A DNA stretch of 64,000 bases from Flectonema sp. DT1601 (taxonomy: Eukaryota). Below are positions 26,601 to 39,158 of the stretch, in pieces (the stretch's first letter is position 1; each line of letters starts with the position of its first letter). The stretch spans positions 930,001 to 994,000 of the forward strand of contig OZ025795.1 in the NCBI GenBank assembly GCA_964019425.1, given 5' to 3'. The translations under genes were made by a program, and so were the position numbers. The notes beneath the pieces are model-generated. The model was given only the letters and a program-made list of their open reading frames with translations, did no database searches and had not been told where the DNA came from.

Positions 26601-28245
26601 TTTCTATTCCTTTCAAGTTATGAATTTCAGCAAAAACTTTAGGAGGTGACTTCAGGCTCCGGACGCTTACACACAAGTGACTGGCAATAACACTTAAATG
26701 CAACAGAAAGGCGTACGTGGGGTATAGTGGGTAAAAACTTTGGGAGACAGTTTGCGAGAGCAAAGCTAAATCTTCCTCTAAGATGTGAAGGGAAAAAAGA
26801 AATACCATTAAAAAGAGATAAACAGAACCTAGGGCTCCTCCCAATTTGTGGGCAAACAGAGAGGATTAGACAGATATTCTGCTACATACTTAGCTAGATA
26901 GAATCGTTATTACAATTCTCCATAGCCTCACCATCTCTTCCTCATTTTTTTTTATTATTATTTTTTTGCTATTGTTGTTATTGTCTTTGCAGTTGCAAGG
27001 CAGTGTAGTAAACGGGAAATAAAACCTCTTTCCCAGTAACTTTCACACTTTTTATATTTACGGAAGAGAGGAGAGTAACATAGAAAACTTCATAGTTTAG
27101 GTAAGAGAAGGTGAATGATGAGTTCTTTTTTTTTTTTTTTTTTTTTTTTTCAATTTCAACACGTAAAGGAAAGTCAAACTCCAAGGCAAGAAGAGGCTTC
27201 AAACCACCTTAATAAAACTGTTGAAAGGGAACAAAAAAAAAAAAAAAAAAAAAAAAGAGGGGAAAATCTCAAAATAAATTCAATTTATGCTACACCCACG
27301 TAATTTGTAAGTGTGTTTTTTTTTTTTTTTTTTTTTTTTCAGTAGGAAACGAAAGTGAAAATTTTTGACGAGTAAGAATAGAGAAAAAATTATATAAAAA
27401 AAGTCCAATTTTAACTACCTCAACAAGTGTGTGCAGTGGTAATGTGATTATGTAACTGAAATAGCTACGTAGATGGAGAGAGAGGCTGACAGCATAAAAG
27501 TACTCTGCTAACATAACATCAAGTTGGGGACATAGCCCAACCCGATTGCACGGCAAGAGAACAAACTTTTAAAATAAAAAAAAAAGAGAAAAAAAAACGC
27601 AAAGAGAATTGGGAAAAAGGAGAGCTAAATGTCAACACCATCACCAACAAATAAAAACCAAGCGGAAATGAATTCCCAAAAAAATGATTAATATTGCTGT
27701 AGAGGTTTTTCACGGAGACATTTTTTGGGTTGCACCGCCAACAAATCCCACAGTTGTTAGTACGATGAGATGTTTATAAAAATGCAAAGTAGAAACAAAC
27801 AAACAGAAAAGGAGAAAACCTTTTTTAGAGAGTCTTCACAACTCAGTTCTCGCGTTCAGTCCACGCAATAAGTAACAATTAAAACAATATAAGTAAATTT
27901 TATTCTTTTTTTTTTTTCCCTTTCATCTTAGAATGATCCGAAAGACTACGAAAGGAAACTAAAGAAATTGCACCAAAAAAAGAAAACAACAAAAAGAAAC
28001 GAGGAAACAAAATGAATTTGTGAGAAGCGTTCAACAAACACAATACATTCCTGCGCTGACAGGAGGAGATACCAGTAAATCAACAACAACTATCGGTGAT
28101 TTTCTTATCATTGGAAACGAGTTAATCAAATATACAAACAAAGTGATAACGCAACCAAAACACTGGCATTTAATAAATGGAGAGATAATAAATATACTTA
28201 TTTTTTTTTTTTTTTTTTTTTAAATTTCGTTTTTTTTTTTTCAAC

Positions 28246-28278
<33 letters not shown>

Positions 28279-29970
28279 AGATAAAAAAAAAGATGAAAAA
28301 AAAACACGCTATTCGAGATAAATAGCCAAATAAAATACGACGTAGCATAGTGAACAATCCAGATCTTTGAAAAAACTATTCATTTTGATTTTTATCAGTA
28401 CATGTAGAAGTTAATTGAGACTGAGCGTCAGGGGTACAGAAAACATAAACTTTATGATTCCAACCAGGTCTTCAACGAACTACAAGATTTACACAAAAAA
28501 AGAAAACTTTTCGGATAAAATAGAATAAAAAAATTTAAAACCATACTTCTGACTAACTTGGGATAAATTGTTTTTTTTTGTTTGTTTTTTTTTTGCTAAA
28601 CAGTCAGCGGCAGCGTAGTGGATGACTTGGGAGAAATTTTAAAAAAAAAAAAATTAGTAAATGGTAACTCATTCGTTCTACTCAAAAAAAGTTTGGGTGT
28701 ATTGATTGCGTACAAAAAGAAAAAAAAAAAAAAAAGATTTCTTAAATTGAGTTTTTCTTTTTTTAAAACGTACAAGTTCAGTTTTGATTTAAAAAAAAAA
28801 AAAAGAATTGGTGTCTCTACGTGGTTGCGGGACGAAAAAGGATAGGTCCTCTCAGTTTAAAAAGACTTTCAGTATTATTCTCACCCTAAGCACCAGAACC
28901 AGTGTTTTTATGTCACTTGGCAAGCTGTTGTGCAGCGATGTGGGAGGAGAGTTCGTTTAACCAATATCCGGGTGTTTTTTTTTTTTTTTTGTTTTTTTTT
29001 TGTTCTTCTTTTTTTTTTAAAAAATTGGAAGAAAACACATGTTAGTATAGTTCTTCTTTGCTTTTCCTTTATTTTCTTTTTTCATACCAACGTTCCTAGC
29101 CGTTGGAAGGCGTTAGTTGTATGCGAAAAAAAAAAAAAGAAAAGGAAAGGAAAGAAAGAGAAGGGAAACCTAACTTTTAAAAAGAAACATCTATCTTACT
29201 TAAAGCTGCTTTGACAATGCTACTACACTACTGTAGTAAACAAGCCTTGTTCGACATTTCGAGCCACAGGGGATAAATCTCTTGTAATTTACTCAAGAAA
29301 AAATTTAGCAGATGGCTCGTTCAGGCTGCAGAAAACTTGAGCTGACTTAGAGTAAGATGAAACAGAGATGAAAAAAATAGTTTCACCACCAAAGTTCACG
29401 CAATTCAAAAGTTCCATAGTGGAAAAATATAACTAACATGTTCTTTCGCATTTTATTAAAAATAAGTAAGACTTTCTATTATTGCTTGCGCTGTGAGAGC
29501 TAAAAGGGGTCTTTTCAATGCTCCCAATTTCTTTCTGCCCTTTTTGTCGCATAATTGCTTTTGGTTGTGTACGAATTGATTAATATTCGTTGTTAGAGTT
29601 ATATCATTATACATGAAAAGACATAATCTCGATTTTTATTTTATTTTTTTTTTTTTATTTTTGCATGAAGATAATGTTCTTCTTGCTGTTAGTTCAAAAA
29701 AAAAAAAAAAAAGGCCAGCATTAAGTACTTGACTGTACAAGCTGACAGTACCAGAATAATTAGATAAATATTCGCTATTAGAAATACAATGAAATTCTAC
29801 AAAGGGTGTCAGTTCATCTGGATAGTAGGACAATAGTCAGGGAAAGAATGAAATAATTCGCCCATAGCCGGCCGAGATCTGGTAACGCAAAGAAATATAA
29901 TGTAGCCCTCAACTGTTGGAAGTGAGGTTTACCTTGGATATACGGTTACTGTTCATGGGAACGTCTCTAT

Positions 29971-30008
<38 letters not shown>

Positions 30009-30296
30009 AGAAAACAGAAAAAAAGAGAACATAGTAACCTACTCCTTTAACCAGGATGAAAGGCCAGGAATGACAATGAAAAAAGCAAAAAAAAAAAAAA
30101 AAAAAAAAAAACAGTGCTTACTAAATGCACAATACGATTTTTTTTTTTTTTTTGAAAGATACTTGAAATTTATCTTCGACATACTGAGTCACGTTAACGT
30201 TATGTACCCTGGGCATCATGGCACCTGGGTAACTGTAAGTTTTATTATTTCACAGAAGGAAATGCAAGAGATGAAAACACGCAACAAGGAGAACAT

Positions 30297-30616
30297 GAGA
30301 GACAGAAGCAGGTTCCTTTCTCAAACGGGAAGAAGAAAAATATAATGGGAGGTCGAACGTTTGAGTTTTGTAAAACAACTGCATTGTATCATATTAACAT
30401 AAACGATAATTTAACAATCCGTTGACGGTGAACTATGGTGATGCTTAACTCAGCCTTTTGAAGGTAATTCATATACACATTTACCTCAATTCTTTCATCA
30501 TCAGTTCTGGTGTAGAAGTCAGTCAGTCAATTATCAAGACTGAATCACCTCAGTTAGAATACGAGAGACAGAAGCAGGTTCCTTTCTCAAACGGGAAGAA
30601 AAATATAAAATGGGGA
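30297..30616 (+). repeat. Local direct duplication, 38 bp identical core
   Basis: GAGAGACAGAAGCAGGTTCCTTTCTCAAACGGGAAGAA at 30297-30334 and 30563-30600. Confidence 0.9.
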
Positions 30617-31908
30617 GAAAAAAAAAAAGTGAGAAAAGAAATCTCATTTATCATATTTTTTTTTTTTTTTTTTGCAAAAATTATCGCGAGAATAATAATA
30701 AAAAATTTAAAAAAAGAAATTCTCTTCCCTTCACGGTATGTCAACTTATACTCCAAGAGAATAATAAAAATTAAAAAATAAAAATAAAAAACACTTTGCG
30801 AGCACGATTTGTGCGCAACGCTAGAGAGAGCTTTTGCCATGTATAACACGCTACGGCTATTCGCAGTTGTGTGACTAAGAAGAAAAAACAGTCATCTTTA
30901 CTTTTGCAGAACACGTCAGATTGGAAGGTCTCAAGAGGTTATTTTGTTTTGTTTTTTTTGTTGTTGTTTTTCCCCTAAGAATACCCTTTCCTCTCTCTGC
31001 AACAAAAAAAAAAAAACAGGAAAAAAGAATCTGGAACCGAAAAAAGCAAAATTTGAGATGTGACGCAGATTATGATTGTAGTGAAGAACAAAAGCACGCA
31101 TGATTTCTTGTTCGTTTTGCTTGTTTTTTTTTTTTTTAGCGGGATTGTTTCCTACAGGCATTGATGCATAGCTACAGGATCAAGCAAACGAAGTTAACCG
31201 TCTGCATGTTGAACGGCTTCAAAGAAACAGCAGCGAATGTGTATTAAAAAACGATATCTGGATACACTACTTACGTAAAAACCATAGGAAGAATGGCATG
31301 TTTTGATAACTTAAAAAATTAGAGAACGAAAAAAAAAGTCGCACCTCAATGGAAGGGACCTGCCTTTTAAACTTGATTGACATCTGTATTTTGGCTCGAC
31401 TTTTTTTGCAAAGAAAATAAGCCTGTGACATAGAGAGTAGTGTGTTGAGCAACTACAAAAAGAAAAACTAGAACGGGTGGACCAGAGTGAAGAGACATAA
31501 AAAGAAGTGACTACGTCTTGCGCATGCGTTTTCTGTACGCCGAAGGCATCGCATTAATGAAGGAGGTGCTTTTTTGCCCTTTTCAATTAAGTCATTCGTA
31601 CGCTAACCCTGATTGGGGGGTGTTCATCGCTAGTATGCCTTGACTGACTAATGCTTAGTAATTCCTCCTCGGGGAAAATAATAAAGATACTAAAGCCTGG
31701 GAACATACTGCGTAGTTCTAAAAGATCGGGAACAGCAAGGACCACTTGTAGTCTGGATGCTTGCCCTCAAAGAGAAAACTAATTTGTGAGAATTTTTTTT
31801 TTTCCCCCTCCCCTGTTTTGAATCTGTTTAATAATTAAAAAATAAAATAAAAAAAACTTTAAGATTCAAAGATCAAAAGAATAGTAATTCTTCTTAAAGG
31901 AAAAAAAA

Positions 31909-31909
<1 letters not shown>

Positions 31910-31942
<33 letters not shown>
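31910..31942. repeat. (TAA)n microsatellite
   Basis: Directly visible. Confidence 0.9.
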
Positions 31943-31946
<4 letters not shown>

Positions 31947-34900
31947 TAAGAAGAAAAATATATATAAAAAACTCGTCCTCGCAGTGCAGACGCCAATGTC
32001 AGCTGTTTCCGAGGCTCTGCCAAAGTCTTTCATTCCACGCTAGTTGAGCTACACACACAAAATAAAAATGGGTTGAAAAAAAAAACAATAATTCTGAAAT
32101 TATATTAACGGAAAAAGAAGGGCGATAGAAAGCTTACGCGATACTACGAATAGACAACAGTCAGGTATCGCTGCACTGCCGAAGATTGGCTTTCCATGCA
32201 GGCTTAAGCACAGCAATGAAAGACAAGAAAAAGCAAAAAAGTAATCGATGGCCGTCATAGAGACTAAAATAATACGATAATTTGATAATAGAAAAAACGA
32301 AAGAAGAGCTAAGTACAGAATCAAGCCAGAAGACAATTCCTATAAAGGAAAAGGCTCGGACACGAAACGTAAGTTCTTTCTAGCGTGCCGACAACGTAGG
32401 TGCTTAAAAAAAAAAAAAAAAAAAAATCAAAATTATAAACTAAAATTAAATTAAAAAAAAAAAAAAAAAAAGAGGAAAAAAAAGAAAAGCAAAAAAGAAC
32501 CAACATTGTCAATAGCGTTTTCAAATATTTCTTTTTTTTTTGATTTTCCAAAAAGCAGAAATTAGTCATCATGTTTGTTCTTCCCTCTTTTTTTTTTTTT
32601 TTTTTTTTCCTTTTTTTTTTTTTTTTTTTTCTTCTTTTCTCTTTTTTCCTTGACCTTACGGTTGCCAGTAATAGGTAGACAAAAAAAAAGACATAAAAGA
32701 CTTATAAATAATGCAGAAAATGAAACTAAATCACCAACCGAGCATAAAAAATCACCCTCTGCTTAGGATTAAAGGCAAAAAGATGCTCGTGCAAATATGG
32801 TGCATTAATCTTGTATAGGCAAAACATCAGAACATGAGAAATGTATAAATCCTGCCTTCACATAAGGCGGATGTCAGGGGAAAAAAAAAATAAAGCTACT
32901 TTTTTTTAAAAAGTTGACAATAAACAAAAAAAAAAAAAAAAAAAAATACTTCAAAGCAGAACCAGAAAAACGGGAAGGAATTGGGGGGAAAATCTGGAAA
33001 CGTTGTTACAAAACAGAAAAATGAATGAAGACAGTTTTTTAGTTAATCGTGTTCTCATATTTTTGATAGACACGTACTACTTTACATGCGTTATCAGGCA
33101 CTTGTAAAGGGTACCATCCAAACATAAATTAAACCGTTGTGTTTTCCTTAATATTCAATGGAAAAAAAAAGGGGGGAGAATTGTTGCGGTACCGCACCCA
33201 AGTTACAGCTGACTGCAGGGAGGGAAAACACGCGGAACAAAGTAATTACAACCAGAAGAAGGGGGGAAAAAAAAAAGAAAAAAAAAGAGCAAATATACTA
33301 ATAAAAAAACAGTGACCGAACTCACTTGTTTTAGTCGCTTCTTTGCAGCTCTCTTTTGTTTTTTTTCCCCCTGTTCTTCGTTTTTCATATTTTTTTTTCA
33401 CTTTGTTACACCCCCACTTGTGTCAACTATAAACCACAAAAGATGGGGCAGCAGCTGGACAAAGGTAAAAAACAGCAAGAAAACAACAACAAATAAGAAA
33501 AAAAGGTAACTGGAAGAAAGATAAAAAAGAAAATAAAACGAAAAGGAAAATGATTTTTTTTTTTTCAAAAAACTGAAAACATTTGCCAACGTTAAATACC
33601 CCCAGCAATATATCCGAAATTTGCGAAGGTTTCATGATGGCCGTATGTTTGCTTTTTTTTTTTTTTTTTTTTTAAACTCACGCCCATAAGATTGTTAACA
33701 GGCAGCGTTCCTTCTTTTTATTTTTTCCCCCCCAGTTCATTAGGGTGACTATGCTGTGACTACTGTCGCGGCAAGTCTATGCCCCTTGAATAACCGAATG
33801 AAACCCTGCGAGCAAGAGTCTGCAGGGAAAAGAAAAAAAGGAGGTAATTTGATATATAAAGCAACTTGAAACTAGTTAAAACTAAAAAAAATAATTTCGG
33901 CCAACTTAGGAAATCACTCCAAAAAAAAAAAAAAAAAAAAAAAATGGTTAATTGCTTAATACACAGCAGCGTACAACAAAAAAACAGGAGGGGTAAACGA
34001 CTAATCAGAGTTTGCGCTTTTCTCCCCCAGCCATCGATTATACTGTAGGTATTTTTTTCATGCCGCTCAGGAAGAGTAAAAACAAGAGCCAGCGTTGCTT
34101 TTTTTTTTCTCTTTTTTTTTTTTTTTCCCATACATAACATGTTTCGGTGTTGGGGTGAAAACAGGCCATGAGTCGCCTTTTCACGTGGGTACTTTGTCGA
34201 CTAAAGACCCTTTAATATAGACGAAGAATAGAAATAATAAAAAATAGAATAAAAAGAAACAAAGGTTAGTTAGCGAAAATCTATGTCCCAAGATACATAG
34301 ATGAAGACCAGTTTTGATCTGCTGAATCATTCGCGTAGGTTACTACAAACCTCGGACGATTAGGCATAGGGGGCAAGAAGTACCTTTTTTTAGGCCTGTT
34401 GTTGACCAGTCCCATGAATGTTTAAATATTAACTTATGTTTCGCAAGAGTGGAGAATGAATTGAAAAAAAAAAAGATCACATTTACCCAGCGTCGGGTCA
34501 TTTTACCGAAATGTTATATTTGTTTTTTTTAAGAATACATTTTATTTTAATATTTTTCTTTTTTTTCATCTTTTTTTTTTTTTTTGTCTTGGAATTGTAT
34601 TGTATGTGTTGCGGTACTTCAATTGTGTGCGTGTCAGGTCCTTTTTTTTTTTTCTTTTTTTGTACTTTGTTTGTTTTTTTTAATTGTCTTTTTTTTTTTT
34701 TTTTTTTGTTCTGTTTTTCATGTCTTTTGCTTTATTTATTAGTATTATAATCCAAGTTTTTCTCCACAATAAAAAAAAGATGGAAAGGGGGAAGCGAAGA
34801 ACGAAGAGGCAAACAAATACAAAAAAAAAAAAAAAAAAAAAAGTTTCCAACCAGCACTCTCCCTGTCCGTAAGCATGTCTATTTTCCCAGAGGGCAACAA

Positions 34901-36706
34901 GCGCCTCTGCGTATAGGTACCTATTTTCGAGTCAAAGGAGGAGAGTACTGAGGGGAAAAAAAAGTGGTACTGGATACAGTAGTTTAGTAATTAACTTTTG
35001 CAGCATAGGTACGAACAAGTAAGGTAACAAAGAAACGAGAGAGGAGGGGAAATCAGTTTCCCCTCAAGAGGATAAGGCTTTTGCTAGAGTAGCTTATTGA
35101 TGTTTCTGTTTTCGTCCCCAATTTGGGTGAATAAAAATAGTTTCTTCTGTTTTTGTTTGTTTTTTTTCTTTTTCTGAATCACATCAGAGGGTATCATTTG
35201 TGAGTTGGGGACTTAACAGAAAATATCTGATTGTCGCAATTTCCGAATGCGGGTTTTCGTTTTTTTTTTTTTTTTGTTTTGTTAAATTGATTACGCAGGC
35301 ACAAAGTAAACCCGGAGAGGCATGTTGCTGCCCCTCCCAGTTATCTTTGCAGCCCTAAAAACGTTGGTTGCAAAATTATTATTTTTTTTTTTTTTCTTCG
35401 TTTCCTCCACGTTGTAAAGGCTTTTCTAACCGAAGTTGGGGGACGGGGGAATGAGAATAAAAAAAAAAATAAAAAAAACAGGAGCCTTACCCAACAATTC
35501 TAGCATATATTGCTACGTTTAAAAAAGGATAATATTTAAAAAAAATAAAAAAAAAGGAGGAAAAAAAAAATATATATTCCTAGACACAAGAAATAAGGCA
35601 GAGAACAGAAAACAAAAAATAAAAAATTAAACATCCATTCTTTTTTGGTTGACGATAAGAAAAAACAACAACAAAGAAGAAATAATTAAGAAGAAGAAGA
35701 AGCAAAAAATTAACGAACAAATTTAGACAAATATGAGAAGAACGGCAACCCACGAAAAGAAAGGATCTTAAAAGCAGAAAAACAGGAAACGACTCCAGAC
35801 GCTTAAGCTAACCAATTCCCAACATAAACTTTCTTTTCTTTCTTTTTTTTTTTTTTCATTAGAAGTTGGAGAGGGACTGAAAACCACAACCGCATGGGAG
35901 CATTTTTTATTTTTTTTTTTGGTTTCCCTTAAGCGACAACGGTTGCCATACGCAGGCAAAAAAAAAAAAAAGAATTTGTAGCAAAAAAAAAAAAAAAAAA
36001 AAAAAAAAAGGAACCAGCCGTAGAAACATAAGCGTCTGAAAAAAAAAAAAAAGGAAAAAAAAAAAAGAAGAAAAAAATCTGTTTTCCAAAATTTGTGAGA
36101 AAGGTAGGAAAAGAGCAAGTTGCCTACCAAATCCTATACCACATCTCATAGTTGTTGTTAAATAGTGGTGAAGAAAGTGAGCAAGCTGAGGGTAGATCCT
36201 CAGTGCACATACTAAGATTGCTCATTAGTACAAATATAAATGACAGAGGGGCAATAGAATAACCGATTTCCAACAGGTAAATTGATGCGACGGGGTTACG
36301 GTACCATCCAAAGCATCAGCCAACAAGTTGGGGGAATGTTTCAGATAACTGAAACGGAAAGAAAATAACTTATGTTGCTCAACTTAAAAAATAAATACAC
36401 CACCAAAATACTGGGGAAAAATAACACAAAGAAGTTAGGTCTACAGACAAAACAATGCCGAATAAAAAAGATAATCCTTGTCCTGTAGCTATCCCTTCCT
36501 TATTGTTGTTTTTGTGTTTTTTTTTTTTTTTTGCTTTTTTTTTAAAAACATCAAATCAATCCATGTTTGAAAAGAATTTCTAAAAAAAAAAAAAAAAAAA
36601 AAAACATATTTTTTAAATAATAAAAAAAAAAAAAAAAAAAAACGAAAAAAGGAGGAAAACGAAAGTATCCTTAAAAAAAAGCAAAACGCGTGCTTAATCA
36701 TATTGT

Positions 36707-37579
36707 CTACATGTGTTGGGCCTGGTGTGGAACGTTAACAACGACGTACTGCTGCTGACCCATCATGGGCTGTGGTGCACAAAAGCCAGCCTGTTGAAAT
36801 GGCATGACCGATGGCGACAACAGAAAGAACTGCTGTTGCTGTTGCTGCTGTGGTTGCTGTTGCTGCGGCTGCTGCTGAATAGGTGCAGGAACCTGAACCG
36901 GCTGAACAAGTGGTTGCTGCAGAGGAGACAATACCTGAATAGTACGAGGCTGGTAGAATACATGTTGTGGAGTTGGAGTAGTTGGAGGAGTTCCAAGAAC
37001 AGACATAGTCTGGACGCTGCTGTCTAAATCAGTTGGGGCCTCAGTATCTGTCGAGAATGATGAACTTGGGGTTGTCTTAACATTTACGAAATGATGTGGA
37101 ATTGTACCACATGAAGACTTGTTGGTATCAAGTAGAATTCCATTAACATTGTTCTGCTCCTGAAGACTGATCATTTTCTTCCAAGCCTTTCTTCTCTTGC
37201 TCTGGACTCTGTAGATGTGAACGTTCTCACACTTGGATCCTAATTCACATCCTCCGGCAAAGTGCTCAGGACACTTGCTGTGCCACTCCAAGTTGGTTCT
37301 CCAGGTGCTTAGGCAAACACGGCACTGAAGGTACACCTCAGTTCCGGTCATACGGCTGACACGAACCCATTCGTTGTGTCCACAAGCAGCTTCCTTAGAA
37401 ACCGACCAGGTACTGAAGTCTCTCGCAACCTGATCATCTTCTAACAATGGAGGACACTCGTCATCAGCATCTTCAATATCGAGTGGTGGCAGTGATACCT
37501 GAGGTGGGCTTACAACTTCCCGAATGACAGGTGACAGAACCATTGAAGGCGACAAAATGGTGTTTGGTGAGAAAGTCAT
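36707..37579 (-). CDS. CCCH zinc-finger putative RNA-binding protein with an extra C-x-H...CxxC module and a Q/P-rich tail
   Basis: CPEHFAGGCELGSKCENVH is C-x7-C-x5-C-x3-H, preceded by CGHNEW...LQCRVC...W. Likely start MTFSP at 37579, just after the acceptor ACCTTTAG. Confidence 0.85.
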   Translation of the reverse strand: MTFSPNTILSPSMVLSPVIREVVSPPQVSLPPLDIEDADDECPPLLEDDQVARDFSTWSVSKEAACGHNEWVRVSRMTGTEVYLQCRVCLSTWRTNLEWHSKCPEHFAGGCELGSKCENVHIYRVQSKRRKAWKKMISLQEQNNVNGILLDTNKSSCGTIPHHFVNVKTTPSSSFSTDTEAPTDLDSSVQTMSVLGTPPTTPTPQHVFYQPRTIQVLSPLQQPLVQPVQVPAPIQQQPQQQQPQQQQQQQFFLLSPSVMPFQQAGFCAPQPMMGQQQYVVVNVPHQAQHM

Positions 37580-39158
37580 TTTAACTAAAGGTATGTGTGT
37601 AAAATACAAAGTGCTGAGAGGGGAAATGATTTTACGACCAAACATAATAAAATTCACACTAACGACTGCTGTACACCCACACCTCAGCCTACAGGGTAAG
37701 CCTGTAAACCGAGAAAGGTGCTTCAGATAATATACGACATGAATATCGGTTGTGTAACAATCACCTATTTTTTATTTTATTTTATTTTATTTCTTTTCCC
37801 CCCCTCCAGAACGCTTTTCCAACTTAGAATATCTAACAAGATTGTAACATGAATCCCTTGTCTCAATCAAAAGAGTTTAGCGAAGACACCTCCCCCTCCA
37901 ATTGTCTTCTCAGAATATTACGAAGGAGCCGACACGACTTTACATATCATATCGTTCCCTAATTCTAAAGTCTCACCCAGTCGTAAATGATGATGATGCT
38001 TCCTGTTGTTTGGATCGTATGGAGTTTCGTGGTGTCTTCCGGAGGTAGCCTGAGTAGGCATTTACTTATAAGATGCTGTTTGACGGGGAGTAAAAAACAG
38101 AAAAAATCACATTCATCAAACTTTTGTTGGCACTTCATGATTCCGGTCAAACTGTTTTGTAAGTATGTGATATTATAAAAAGTAATACGAAAACTAAGGT
38201 AGAATCCTATCGCTTGTTTTTAGAGCATGTATTTGACGAATGGCTTTCAAAATTCCCCACTTAATAAAGACGAACGAATGCAGTGAAGAATTTTAAAAAG
38301 GTCAAAAACAGCCCCACACTTTTCGCAAGTATCATTATTCATATTTTAGATCGTTCAATAAGAATGCATTATTAAAGGATTGGAGAAGTCAAAAAAAAGA
38401 AAAAAAGAAACGGGTTCTTGGAATTGGGTCCTTGCTGTCCAAAGGCAGGATCCACACCAGCACAGAAATCTGCTAAAAGGGATCCGTAGCGGGATTCGAA
38501 CTGGAGAGCACATCATACAGCATATCCCGCACCTGAGACACGAGTCTAGCAGGGTCAAAAAGATTTTTTTTTTTTTTTTTCAAAATCACTATTTTTCTTT
38601 TTACTGGTTTTTTGGGCCATCGTCGTGATGTAAAAAAAATGCCTCGAGAAAGAATCCAAATTTCGTTTCTGTAATCCTGAGAGACTATTCTCTCAACCCC
38701 AGCAGGGGAGTGCTGAAGCTGCAACTATCCACTCAGGAAGCAGGCTGAGTTAGGTTATGTGTCCCTTCAGAGAAAACAAGAAGGGTCGTTGTTTCCAGGG
38801 CGATATTTTTTGGTGTTGCTTTGTGGGTTCTCGTTTAGCATCGTTGGGTTCTTTATTTCGAATGGATAAAGGAAGAAATCAGTGGGGTGACACCTAGCAG
38901 GAGAACAACAATGGAAAGGGAAAAGCTTACTTTTAGCAGTTCACTTGCTTTTCGACCATTCTCACTTATCAAACGTCTCCCTCGTTGCTCGGCTGCAATC
39001 TCTAAAAAAAAGTAACGTCAAAAGTAACGTCAAAAGGGAATGGAATGAAGGATCAGAGAGAGAGCAAGCATGGAGTGTAGTTACTTTTACCTTTGCTTGT
39101 TCGTAGCTCACTATTATTTATTTATTTATTTACGAAGCCTAGGAAGCTAAAATTTAAT

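Noticed and set aside
28432..28460. Minus-strand TTTCTGTAC resembling the euglenozoan spliced-leader core
   Set aside because: The flanks do not match an SL exon, and there is no donor GT in position and no tandem array.
38478..38556. Minus-strand GTTCGAATCCC (tRNA T-loop/B-box-like) followed by TTTT
   Set aside because: The T-stem does not pair (TCCAG/CCCGC) and I could not build an acceptor stem, D-arm or anticodon arm. tRNAscan-SE would settle it.
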